Part shown: positions 50,505 through 59,970 of the stretch, one piece after another
Layout of the letters: each line of letters opens with the position of its first letter
How positions within the stretch are numbered: the first letter of the stretch is position 1
DNA from: Terriglobia bacterium
GTDB taxonomy: Bacteria; Acidobacteriota; Terriglobia; JAIQFV01
Direction of reading: 5' to 3'
Assembly: GCA_020072965.1 (NCBI GenBank)
Contig: JAIQFY010000022.1
Location: 10,891 to 74,890 of the forward strand
Length of the DNA stretch: 64,000 bases
Position numbers and translations under genes: made by a program
The notes under the pieces: generated by a model
The model's input: only the letters and a program-made list of their open reading frames with translations
Databases searched by the model: none
What the model was told of the DNA's origin: nothing

Positions 50505-53500
50505 ATGTTCAATCCTATTCAGGCTCAAATTGACAGGCCCATGAGATCCGCGGACATGAAAGGATCGGAGACGAGGTCATACACGATGCTGATTGGCGTT
50601 CTGACTCTTCTCGTTCTCCTCTGGGGGAACCCCCAAGCGTTCCTCATTGCAGGAGTTGATGCTTGGACGAGTAACGGACCGGAAGGCGGATGGATCTATG
50701 CCTTGGCGACCGATCCAACAAACCCGAACACGGTTTACGCAGGATCCTACGGTGGCAGTGTCTTCAAGAGCACCATTGGAGGCGCAACGTGGACCACCGT
50801 TAACTCAGGACTGGCCTATTCAGGAATTTCCTGTCCTGTTCACGAGCTCTTGGTCGATCCGACCACCCCCACGACTCTATATTTAGGTTCGTACGGTGCA
50901 GGAGTTTTCAAGAGCACGGACGGGGGTTTGAGTTGGAAGGCATCAACCCCTCCTAGCCTCGACCCTTTTATCACGGGGCTCGTTCTCGATCCATCTTCGC
51001 CGAACAAGATTTTTGCAGTCAACAAATCCTCCGTCCTGAAGAGTACCGATGGAGGTTTGACGTGGAGCGCCAAAACGAGCGGCCTCCCTTCCAATCCTTG
51101 GCCCAGCGATCTTGCCCTGGACCCCCACAGCCCAAGTAATCTTTACGTCGGGACGAATCAGGGAGTTTACAAGAGCACTGATGCCGGGGAAACCTGGACC
51201 TTGGCGAACCAGGGAATAACCAGTCTCAACGTAACCGCCCTGGCCGTGGACCAAAGTGCCTCGGGAGTTGTTTACGCCGCGGTTTATGTCATTAACGAAG
51301 GTAAAGGCTATCTTTTCAAGAGCACAGATGCGGGGGCCAATTGGGCGTCTGCAAGCCTCTCTACGAGCTTTGTCACCTCCATAACATGGTCTCAACAGGG
51401 AGTGTATGTAGCGAGCTATGGTGGCGTCTACATGAGTGTGACGGGAGGCCCAGACTGGAATCAGGTCTGCACCGACTTCGTTAACACCGTAGCAGTGGAC
51501 TCCGCAGGATCCATCTATGCTGCAACACAGAGCCTGGGAGTCATGAAGAGCACCAATCATGGGAATAATTGGAACTACATGAATTCCAACCTGTACGGTC
51601 ACAGCATCACAAGCATCGCAATCGACACTCTTGGAACACCTTATGCAGTTTCACGTACTAATGGGATGTTCAAAGGAACGGGCGACGGCAACTGGTCCCA
51701 TCTGAGTAACTTCACCCAAATCAATGGTACCTTAGTCGCAATTCATCCAGTTCTTCCCGCTGTCTTATATGCCGGAACCAGTGACTCCATTTACAAAAGC
51801 ACGGACGCAGGATTGACGTGGAATCGTTCCAACAGCGGCCTACCGGCCATAAGCATCTCTGTTCTGACCATCGACCCCGCCACTCCCAACGTGCTTTATC
51901 TCGGGACGACGGCCTCGGGGTTATTCAAAAGTACAGATGGTGCAACTAATTGGAGCGCCGCAAATACGGGCCTGCCGAACAATAGCTACATCCGAAGCGT
52001 GGCTGTAGATCCAACCAACCATAACATTGTTTATCTCAGTACGAACGCCTTTGCCCTTTACAAGAGCAGCGACGGCGGAGCAACCTGGAATACGATGACC
52101 TATAGTAAGCTTTATGTGGTGATCACGATTGTCATCGACCCGACCTCATCCAGTACCCTCTATATCGGGGGGCATGGCGGATTGGAGAAATCGATCAACA
52201 GTGGTGTCAGCTGGAGCAAAATCACAACAGGCTTGACCGACGATTATATGGCGTCCTTGGTGATTGACCCCATGGTTCCCTCCACGCTTTATGTCGGAAC
52301 TTACGGAGGGGTTTTCAAAAGCACCAACGGCGGCACCACGTGGACCTCGATGAGTGCGGGACTCGCCAACCTGCAAGTCAATGGGATGGTCCTCGATCCC
52401 TTGAACCCAGGGACAATCTATGCCGCGACGCAATCGGGTGTGTTTGTCTTCTCTTCCTCCGCGGGACCTCATGCCCAAGTGGCCTTGTCGCTTCCCGGCG
52501 GCGGTGCTGTTTCATCGATTACGGGGGGCAACGGCGCCCTGCAGCACGCCGGCTATGCCGCCCTGACGGTCAACAGTGGGACAGACCCTTACGGGACGGC
52601 TGTTTTCAGTTTTGTACAGAATGGGACCGTGGTGAGTGAAGTTGGTGTCCCAGCATCGCCGCCAACGAGAAATGCGCGGTTCTTCATCGATTATCGGACA
52701 AATGTCCCAGGCAAATCGGACGCCGAGAACGCCGGGGTTCTCAACATCAATACTGGATTCGCCGCCGTGAACCAGGGAGCGTCAACTGCCACTCTGACGC
52801 TAACACTCCGAGATCCCAACGGACAAGCTCTGACGGTGGGCAGTGTAACTGTTGATCCCCACTCTCATGTCGCCAAGTTCATTGATCAGCTGGGATTGAA
52901 TCTGCCTTCCGGCTTTACGACCGGTTCATTGGAAGTGGCCAGCAATCTCCCCATCTCAATTCTGGCCCTTCGGTTGACCACAAACCAGCGGAATGAAACC
53001 TTGCTGACGACAACACCCATCGCCGATCTGACACAGCCTGCGCCTGTCGGGTCGCTTTTCTTTCCTCAAATGGCCGATGGCGGCGGGTACCGAACGACGA
53101 TCATGTTGTTGAACACCTCCAGCAGTGCGGTGAGTGGCAAGATCTACTTCTATGATGACGGTGGACTCCCGAGGGAGGTTCACCTCACGACCGGCCCTTC
53201 CGGTTCGAGGATCCCCTATGCGATACCTCCGGGAGGAGTTTATGTGGGGGTGACGGATGGATCCAACCCAGTTGTCGGCGCGGGGTCAGTGCAAGTCGTT
53301 CCTGATGAAGGAAGCTCCACGCCTATCGGGTCAGGACTCTTTAGTCTCACTCAGAACGGGAATCTAGTCACGGAATCCGGCGTCCCCTCGGCGGCCCCTA
53401 CAACCCATGCCCGCATTTACGTCGACACATCAGGAGGTCATGGAACCGGATTCGCTGTGGCCGCTCCTGACACCACAGGATTCCATGTCACGCTAAAAGC

Positions 53501-53885
53501 GTATCAACTGGATGGAGTAAATGGGGCCGGAGCCGGTCCCGCAGATCTGCTCTTGGCCAGTTTAGGGCACGCCGCCAAGTTCGTTGGACAATTGATCTCG
53601 GGATTGCCGGATGGATTCACAGGAGTCCTGGACATATCGGCAGCCTCCCCATTTGTGGCATTGACCCTGAGGTCGTTCACCAACTCACGGGGCGATTTCC
53701 TGTTGACGACCTTTCCGATTGCAGACATGAACAAACCGGCGCCTGCTCCTCTCATCTTTCCCCAGATTGTGGATGGAGGGGGATATCAAACGCAGTTCAT
53801 CCTCTTGAATTCCAGCGGGGCCGGCTCAAGTACAACGCTCAACTTTTATGGGGATAACGGGACGCCCCTTCCCGTGGGGAAATAG
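50505..53885 (+). CDS. Large secreted protein: Asp-box (BNR/VPS10-type) beta-propeller repeats plus a duplicated C-terminal module
   Basis: Many KSTDGGxxW repeats with DP..P.TLY spacers. The C-terminal ~460 aa carries two FPQ(M/I)xDGGGY modules and ends PLPVGK. Confidence 0.85.
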   Translation: MFNPIQAQIDRPMRSADMKGSETRSYTMLIGVLTLLVLLWGNPQAFLIAGVDAWTSNGPEGGWIYALATDPTNPNTVYAGSYGGSVFKSTIGGATWTTVNSGLAYSGISCPVHELLVDPTTPTTLYLGSYGAGVFKSTDGGLSWKASTPPSLDPFITGLVLDPSSPNKIFAVNKSSVLKSTDGGLTWSAKTSGLPSNPWPSDLALDPHSPSNLYVGTNQGVYKSTDAGETWTLANQGITSLNVTALAVDQSASGVVYAAVYVINEGKGYLFKSTDAGANWASASLSTSFVTSITWSQQGVYVASYGGVYMSVTGGPDWNQVCTDFVNTVAVDSAGSIYAATQSLGVMKSTNHGNNWNYMNSNLYGHSITSIAIDTLGTPYAVSRTNGMFKGTGDGNWSHLSNFTQINGTLVAIHPVLPAVLYAGTSDSIYKSTDAGLTWNRSNSGLPAISISVLTIDPATPNVLYLGTTASGLFKSTDGATNWSAANTGLPNNSYIRSVAVDPTNHNIVYLSTNAFALYKSSDGGATWNTMTYSKLYVVITIVIDPTSSSTLYIGGHGGLEKSINSGVSWSKITTGLTDDYMASLVIDPMVPSTLYVGTYGGVFKSTNGGTTWTSMSAGLANLQVNGMVLDPLNPGTIYAATQSGVFVFSSSAGPHAQVALSLPGGGAVSSITGGNGALQHAGYAALTVNSGTDPYGTAVFSFVQNGTVVSEVGVPASPPTRNARFFIDYRTNVPGKSDAENAGVLNINTGFAAVNQGASTATLTLTLRDPNGQALTVGSVTVDPHSHVAKFIDQLGLNLPSGFTTGSLEVASNLPISILALRLTTNQRNETLLTTTPIADLTQPAPVGSLFFPQMADGGGYRTTIMLLNTSSSAVSGKIYFYDDGGLPREVHLTTGPSGSRIPYAIPPGGVYVGVTDGSNPVVGAGSVQVVPDEGSSTPIGSGLFSLTQNGNLVTESGVPSAAPTTHARIYVDTSGGHGTGFAVAAPDTTGFHVTLKAYQLDGVNGAGAGPADLLLASLGHAAKFVGQLISGLPDGFTGVLDISAASPFVALTLRSFTNSRGDFLLTTFPIADMNKPAPAPLIFPQIVDGGGYQTQFILLNSSGAGSSTTLNFYGDNGTPLPVGK

Positions 53886-53947
53886 GAGGACTCAAGGATA
53901 AGGGTCATCCGGAATTTGTGTGCGCTCGATAAGGGATTGCGTGTCCT

Positions 53948-54768
53948 CGTGCCCTGCAAGGGCACTCTTCAAAAGCCCAGGGCATCGCCCTGGGACCGAT
54001 AGTCATTATATATTCTTGACTTGCCCTGTAGGGGCAATCTCGTGGTGACGGGGCCGGCGATCCTAAAAATCTCCATGCCCCGGGTATGGGCCCGAATGGC
54101 GGATGGTGCTATCCTCTTCCTCCAAGCTGGAACGTGTTTTCTAGCCCTCCCCCCGAGACCAATCGCATGGCACAATCACTCGCACAAATCCTGCTCCATC
54201 TCGTGTTCTCCACCCAATCCCGATACAAGTTCTTGGCGGAATACGACATCCGCAAAGAGATGCTCGCCTATCTCACCACGGTGTTCCGAACTTATAAGTC
54301 GCCGTCTCTCGAGGTGGGCCCGCCGATCATATCCATGCCTTGTGTTCGCTTTCGAAGGCCCTCTCGGTCGCCAAACTGATCGAGGACGTCAAGAAGGCCT
54401 CCACGAAATGGATCAAGACGAAGGGCGGCCTCTCTACCAAGTTTCATTGGCAAAGCGGGTTCGGGGCGTTTTCGGTGAGCCCCTCGCAGGTGGCGGCCGT
54501 CCGACGCTATATTCGAAACCAGGAGCAACATCATCGGCGGGTCACGTTTCAAGAGGAATTTCGACGAATTCTTAAGCAACACGGGGTCGACTACAATGAA
54601 CGGTATTTGTGGGACTGAGGAGTTTTAACCAATCACGTCCCTGGTCCTCGAAGGGTCTTTCCTCACCGGTGAATTTAGAAAACCCGCCGAGGCAGGTTCG
54701 GGTGGCCGATGGGAGTGTCGCCCCAGGGCGATGCCCTGGGCTTTTGAAGATTGCCCTTTCAGGGCACG
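53948..54768 (+). mobile_element. IS200/IS605-superfamily (Y1 TnpA) element bounded by 47-bp inverted repeats made of tandem hairpins
   Basis: 53948-53994 and 54722-54768 are reverse complements with 2 mismatches. Each holds a GCCCT..AGGGC and a CCCAGGGC...GCCCTGGG hairpin. Confidence 0.75.
54167..54618 (+). pseudogene. tnpA: IS200-like transposase TnpA, frameshifted just before the HUH motif
   Basis: MAQSLAQILLHLVFST... in one frame; DHIHAL...KKASTKW...FHWQSGFGAFSVS...YIRNQEQHH...YLWD in another; shift at ~54315-54325. Confidence 0.85.
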
Positions 54769-54997
54769 GGACCAGTCACCCTGGGTGTTGGGAATCTAGC
54801 CCCTGCGGGCTCGGCGTTTTTGGAGCTTGCTCCCCGAACCCGCCGTGCACCGGTTCGCTTTTTGCGCACACCCCTTCCGGAAGCACCGAGAATAAAGACA
54901 TCGTTTAGTGGCGTCCTTCTATACTCTGGATCTCCGAGGATTTGCCATTCTCAGGGAGGGAATGGTGCGTGAGGCTCATTTCTGGAAGGATTACCCT

Positions 54998-55444
54998 TTA
55001 TGGCTTTGAATAGGCGACCGCTTCTCCCGCCACCTCGTGCTTCGACTGGCTGTAGGACGCATAGGAAGTAAATCCCTCCCAGAGGCGGACCTCACTCACC
55101 GGAAATCCTTTGGAGGCGGCGAATTCATAAATCAAACGCGCCAAACTCTCGGCGGTCGGATTCGTGTTGAGGAGAAACATGGGCTCATGTAACTCGCCCA
55201 GAACCTTCACAAGCGGGTCGTCTTTGTGCAGCACCATTTTGTGATCGATTTTCTCGTCGATCCAGCCTTGAATCGTTCCCTTGATCTCTCCAAAGTCAAC
55301 CACCATGTGACGTTCGTCCAGACTGGAAAGCGTCAACTCCACTTCCACTTTGGAGTTGTGACCATGGGGATGCATGCAAATGCCCTGGTAGTTCAAGAGC
55401 CGATGGCCGTAACAGAAGCGAAGCTCCTTGGTGACCTTGTACAT
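54998..55444 (-). CDS. queD: 6-carboxy-tetrahydropterin / 6-pyruvoyl-tetrahydropterin synthase
   Basis: GHRL...C..PHGHN, MVVDF, DHK, NPTAE, LWE. Confidence 0.88.
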   Translation of the reverse strand: MYKVTKELRFCYGHRLLNYQGICMHPHGHNSKVEVELTLSSLDERHMVVDFGEIKGTIQGWIDEKIDHKMVLHKDDPLVKVLGELHEPMFLLNTNPTAESLARLIYEFAASKGFPVSEVRLWEGFTSYASYSQSKHEVAGEAVAYSKP

Positions 55445-55479
55445 GGATGGATTCCTCCAAATGGTTCCATTGGGTGAAC

Positions 55480-55605
55480 GAAGTCGGATGTCAGAGGTCG
55501 GAAGTCAGATACCCGAATTAGGAAGCCAGAGGCCAGAGGCCGGAAGTCGGAAAGCAACGGGGTGATTTATCTGACTTCCGACCTCCGACTTCTGACTTCT
55601 TTCCT
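55480..55605. repeat. Inverted pair of heptamer tandem arrays
   Basis: GAAGTCG/GAGGTCG/GAAGTCA/GAGGCCA units, followed by reverse-complement TCTGACT/TCCGACC units. Confidence 0.75.
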
Positions 55606-55631
55606 TCCGGCACCCGACAACTGCCCCTGCT

Positions 55632-56366
55632 TCACGCAATCAGCCGGCCGCCGTCGACGCTGATCATTGCCCCCGTGATGAAATCGGACCCTTCCACCAG
55701 GAACACAACGGTTGCTGCGATGTCCTTTGGCGCTCCGATGCGCTTGAGCGGGGTGGCGTTGATCACCTTTTGTGTCTCTTCTTCGGTGAAATCGGGCGGG
55801 AGCAGAATGGGGCCGGGTGCAATGCAATTAACCTGGATGTTGGGAGCCAGGGACTTGGCGAGGCCTCGGGTCATGGTAATGACTCCTCCCTTGGAAATGC
55901 AGTAGGGGAGATAATCGGCATAGGGTCGGACGCCTGCCCAGTCCGCGAAATTAATGATCTTGCCGCGGCCTTGCTTCAGCATCTGTTGCCCTGCAAACTT
56001 GGCGCAGAAGAACGAGCCCTTCAGATTGATATCCAGGTGGCTGTCCCAATCGCGCTCGGCAACTTTTTCCAGGGGCGTTTTTTCATAAATGGCCGCGCTG
56101 TTGACCAAAACGTCAATTGCCCCGAAGTGGCTCACGATCGACTGCATCATGGCCTCGATTTGAGCCACATGAGATATGTCGCACTGAATGGCCAGACCCC
56201 GGACGCCGTAGGCCTCGATCTCCTTGACCGTTTTGGTGGCGGCCTCATCGGAGCGGTTATAATTCACCACCACGTGTGCACCGCGCTCTGCCAGCGCCAG
56301 AGCGATTACACGGCCGACTCGAAGCGCTCCACCGGTGACCAGGGCTGTTTTCCCGCGCAGTTCCAT
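55632..56366 (-). CDS. Pteridine-reductase-type (FolM-like) SDR
   Basis: TGGALRVG, NYNRS, YCISK, LAPNIQVNCIAPG; adjacent to queD. Confidence 0.82.
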   Translation of the reverse strand: MELRGKTALVTGGALRVGRVIALALAERGAHVVVNYNRSDEAATKTVKEIEAYGVRGLAIQCDISHVAQIEAMMQSIVSHFGAIDVLVNSAAIYEKTPLEKVAERDWDSHLDINLKGSFFCAKFAGQQMLKQGRGKIINFADWAGVRPYADYLPYCISKGGVITMTRGLAKSLAPNIQVNCIAPGPILLPPDFTEEETQKVINATPLKRIGAPKDIAATVVFLVEGSDFITGAMISVDGGRLIA

Positions 56367-56475
56367 GCTATTCACCCAAGTAAGTGATCCACGTGTCCAA
56401 AGGAATTCGTGATGGTAGACGAAAGATGATAAGCCCGCAAGGGCGATTTCAGGGAGGGAAGATGGGGAAGAAGGC

Positions 56476-56769
56476 TCACAACACGAATTTCGTATCCGGG
56501 AGCTTGCCGACTGCACGGTAGATGCCTTCGACTTCGTTCATCTCTGTGCAAAAGATATCGAAGCGATAAGAAATGTACCTCCCGCCGCTGGAACTCCTTT
56601 GAAACTGCCGCTTGATCTGGGCTACTTGCACAACCCCCTCAATCGCTCCCAGTAGTTGAGAATAATAGCGGTGGCCGGAACTGCCGACAAAGCGGAACGA
56701 AATAAGATTGGGCAGTTCGAGACAACGCTCCACTGCCTCCGGATTCTTGAACACCGACGGCTCGTTCAT
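56476..56769 (-). CDS. DUF493/YbeD-like protein
   Basis: SSGGRYISY motif, C-terminal KFVL. Confidence 0.65.
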   Translation of the reverse strand: MNEPSVFKNPEAVERCLELPNLISFRFVGSSGHRYYSQLLGAIEGVVQVAQIKRQFQRSSSGGRYISYRFDIFCTEMNEVEGIYRAVGKLPDTKFVL

Positions 56770-56829
56770 GACCCTTTATTTATAAGATATTTTCCGGGAG
56801 TTGGCAAATCCTCTTGAAGTACTGGGCGA

Positions 56830-58287
56830 TCATTTCGATTCGAGGATGGAGGCGGAAAGAATGTTCGCCACTTTGGCCCGCAATTCTGTGACATTGCCTT
56901 TCCCGTTGGGATGAACGCGATTGGTCAGCAGGATCAGGAAAGTGTTGGTGGATGGGTCTATCCAGAGATCCGTGCCGGTAAATCCGGTATGCCCGAATGA
57001 ATTCGCAGGGAACAAATCGCCACGATTGCTGGAGTAAGAGGAGGCGATGTCCCAGCCCACCCCGCGCGCGACACGGATGTTTCCTGGCGCATCCCTGGCC
57101 AGCGATGACGGAACGTGGTTTGAGGTCATGGTTTTCACGCCGAGCGGGCTCAAGATGCGTTTTCCCCTGAATTCACCGAGGTTCAAAATCATTTGACAGT
57201 AGATTGACAGGTCGTCGGCGGTTGAAAACAGCCCGGCGTGTCCCGCCACGCCTCCCATTCTCCAGGCCGTCGGATCATGCACTTCGCCCTGAATAATCTG
57301 ATCGCCGGGGCCGCTTGCGTCCTTGCCGCCCAGGTAGGCTTCTGTGGCCGCCCGTTTCTCAGTGGGCGCAGATCGCTGGCGGTGTGAAGCATCAGGCTTG
57401 AAACCGGTGTCGCGCATTCCAAGCGGTTCAAAAATATGCTGGAGGGCGAACATGTCGAGCGGCGATCCCGATAGCTTATGTACCAGTTCTCCAAGGGCGA
57501 TGTAATTGAGGTCGCTGTAAACGAATTTTGTTCCCGGCGGAGACTGGAGGGTTTCGATCTTAAGCCGTCGGAGGGCCTCTTCGTAGCCCGACCACTTCTC
57601 TGACAGATTGAAATCAGGTTTAAGTCCGGAGAAGTGTGTGAAGAGCTGACGAATCGTAATTCTGCTCTTGTCGGTGGCGTCCCAGGTCGGGGCGGTTGAG
57701 GGGACGGCGGGGGCTTGGGTTGTTGCTGCGGATTGTGGAGAAGGCGACTTCGGTTCTGTCTCTTTGGGCGGGGCTGCAAACTCGGGCAAGTACTTTGATA
57801 CGGGATCGTCCAGGCGGAATACACCTTGTTCCAACAGAATCATGAGTGAAGTCGCCGTGGCCACCACTTTTGTGACGGACGCCATGTCGAATACCGTCGA
57901 CAACTTCATGGGCCTGATTTCGGGTTCAACTGAGCGATTCCCATAGGCCTTCCGAAAAACTACCTTCCCCTTGTGGCCGATGAGAACGACTGCCCCTGGG
58001 GCATTGTGCTGGGCGATGGCTTCCTTTACGACCGCATCGATTCTCGCTAGCCGCTCACTCGACATCCCCACGGTCTCAGGCTTGACCACGGGAAGTCTGG
58101 GCGCACTGGTGATCCCGGACGGCGTTGCGACCGTTGCTGGTTTTCTGGGTGAGCTTTTCTTGGCGCCGCCCGCCGCTCCAGGGGGCTGAGCCTGTGTCAG
58201 AAGCGGCAGGAGGCAAATGAGGAGGGTTGGCAAGAATGCAGATCGACGGATCATGAGCCAAAGGTTACTTCGAAATGATGATGGCAT
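56830..58287 (-). CDS. Secreted serine hydrolase, beta-lactamase/class C family
   Basis: FDMASVTK (SxxK), YSD, GEVHDP, AGHAGLFST, GHTGFTG, LTNRVHP. Confidence 0.9.
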   Translation of the reverse strand: MPSSFRSNLWLMIRRSAFLPTLLICLLPLLTQAQPPGAAGGAKKSSPRKPATVATPSGITSAPRLPVVKPETVGMSSERLARIDAVVKEAIAQHNAPGAVVLIGHKGKVVFRKAYGNRSVEPEIRPMKLSTVFDMASVTKVVATATSLMILLEQGVFRLDDPVSKYLPEFAAPPKETEPKSPSPQSAATTQAPAVPSTAPTWDATDKSRITIRQLFTHFSGLKPDFNLSEKWSGYEEALRRLKIETLQSPPGTKFVYSDLNYIALGELVHKLSGSPLDMFALQHIFEPLGMRDTGFKPDASHRQRSAPTEKRAATEAYLGGKDASGPGDQIIQGEVHDPTAWRMGGVAGHAGLFSTADDLSIYCQMILNLGEFRGKRILSPLGVKTMTSNHVPSSLARDAPGNIRVARGVGWDIASSYSSNRGDLFPANSFGHTGFTGTDLWIDPSTNTFLILLTNRVHPNGKGNVTELRAKVANILSASILESK

Positions 58288-58589
58288 TGAGATGAGAATC
58301 CTCTTGAGATGATATGCACCGTAAAACTATCATCGCCCCGGAGGAGAGTCAACTCAAGCCACACAAATCCGCCAGGCACCCTCCGGCCGGGTGCTGTAGA
58401 ACTCCTTGTTGGAACATCGGAAGGTCGCGGCTCATATCTTTGTGTGTTGCATTTGCCGCCAATTGTTTCTGCATTTGGTCATCAGGTGGCGTCAATGGAG
58501 ATATGGCACTTGCTCAACAATGTTCTCCCGAGGTTTGATCTTACGACTGCGAAATGCGAAGGTGTCATCCACGTCATCCGGAGATCGCA

Positions 58590-59351
58590 ATGTGGAAAGG
58601 AATCTGTGTTTCACTCCTATCGTTAAGCTTCACAACAATGGTTTGGGGTCAGCTTTCGGACAGGTCCTTCGACAAGCCTCCCGCGCATGTGAAGTTCCAC
58701 GATGGACAAATGTTTGTCTTTAGCGGCACTTTGGCATGGACAATTGATTTGTCGAAGCTTTCAATCCCCGATGATGAATGCGGCACTCGTTGCGATACCA
58801 TTAATGGATCACTCCGCCAGTCTTGCTTCGGCAAGTGTGCGTGGTTTTACCCGGATATCCTTGGTTTTGACGAAGCGAATCATAGATTGTTCTTTTCCAC
58901 GTACACGGACTTTTCCCGTAATAGGCCCAACGTCCTTTTCGCAGCCGACTTGGACACCGGGAAGATTCGACATCTCTTTGCTACCTGGGCGTCCGGGTTA
59001 TCAGGCGGGTTGTTATCTCCGGATGGACGGTACCTTGCTTATGCGAATTGGTATCATGTCGGTGGATGTTTTAACCCCGCGGCTGCTTATGTCGTTGATC
59101 TCAGTCCCAAACATGACTCGCGAAGCATTGCTCCTCCCGTGCAATTGGGTGAAGTCGAGTTTACGGGTGGTATATATTTACCCAAGGGGGATTTCCCTGT
59201 GATTGTGCCCGTCGGCTGGAAATCGGAATTCGGGCTTGAAATCAAGGAGGAGACCTACCATGAACACCCTTGTGACAAACCGATCGAATCCCGTCGATAT
59301 GATGTCGATGTTCGAACCCTTCGATTCGCCGAGCCACACTTTGAACCGTAG
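58590..59351 (+). CDS. Hypothetical secreted protein, possibly a beta-propeller fragment
   Basis: Signal-like N-terminus after GGAG, LSPDGRYLAY blade motif, several Cys. Confidence 0.55.
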   Translation: MWKGICVSLLSLSFTTMVWGQLSDRSFDKPPAHVKFHDGQMFVFSGTLAWTIDLSKLSIPDDECGTRCDTINGSLRQSCFGKCAWFYPDILGFDEANHRLFFSTYTDFSRNRPNVLFAADLDTGKIRHLFATWASGLSGGLLSPDGRYLAYANWYHVGGCFNPAAAYVVDLSPKHDSRSIAPPVQLGEVEFTGGIYLPKGDFPVIVPVGWKSEFGLEIKEETYHEHPCDKPIESRRYDVDVRTLRFAEPHFEP

Positions 59352-59389
59352 GGCTGGGGCGCACAGGCATGATTCTGAACCGCGATTGG

Positions 59390-59494
59390 GGGTCAGATCA
59401 GATCTTTTCAATTGTCAATTCTGATGAGATGTCAAACTCTGACTGCTCATGCGACCTTCTGCAAAGCAAAATGAAAATTGAAAGGCTCTGACCC
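59390..59494. repeat. Inverted doublet of GGGTCAGA(T)C...TTCAATT repeats
   Basis: GGGTCAGATC(AGATC)TTTTCAATT versus AATTGAAAGGCTCTGACCC; a third degenerate copy lies at ~59800-59826. Confidence 0.6.
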
Positions 59495-59510
59495 TCCAGC
59501 CTAGATGTCG

Positions 59511-59787
59511 AATCCCCCCACTGGCAGGTGGGGGATCATTCAGATCCAGCCTACCAACCGAAACGATTTGACTTTGAAATCCCACCAGCGGGAGCTGGTG
59601 GATCGTTCAAATCCCACCTTTCGGTAAGGCCGGGCTGACAAACCCCCACTGCTTGCCCGCCGAAGACTCAAAGAACAACCGGCTGCTGTCTAGCAAAGAA
59701 GCAATCAATCCAATGTAGATGGCACGGTATTTTCGTGTTGAGATCTCACCTGAACCATCCCCCAACTCCGGTTGGGGGGATTCAAGA
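59511..59787. repeat. Composite multi-hairpin repeat, copy A
   Basis: Three ATCCC(C/A)C...G(G/T)GGGAT hairpins plus a conserved spacer; aligns by eye with 62894-63171. Confidence 0.85.
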
Positions 59788-59970
59788 AGCAAGTAATGGG
59801 CGTCTGACCTTTTCAATATTCATTTGGCTATGGTCTTCATCAACGACCCTACTCCGCTTCAGAATCCTAACTCCAGACGAAAATGAAGGATTCGGGCCCC
59901 CTCAAGATTGCGAAGGGGAGGCCGGAGAAGTACAATCGGTAGCGACAACGTTCCGGCTACAGGGGAGAAT

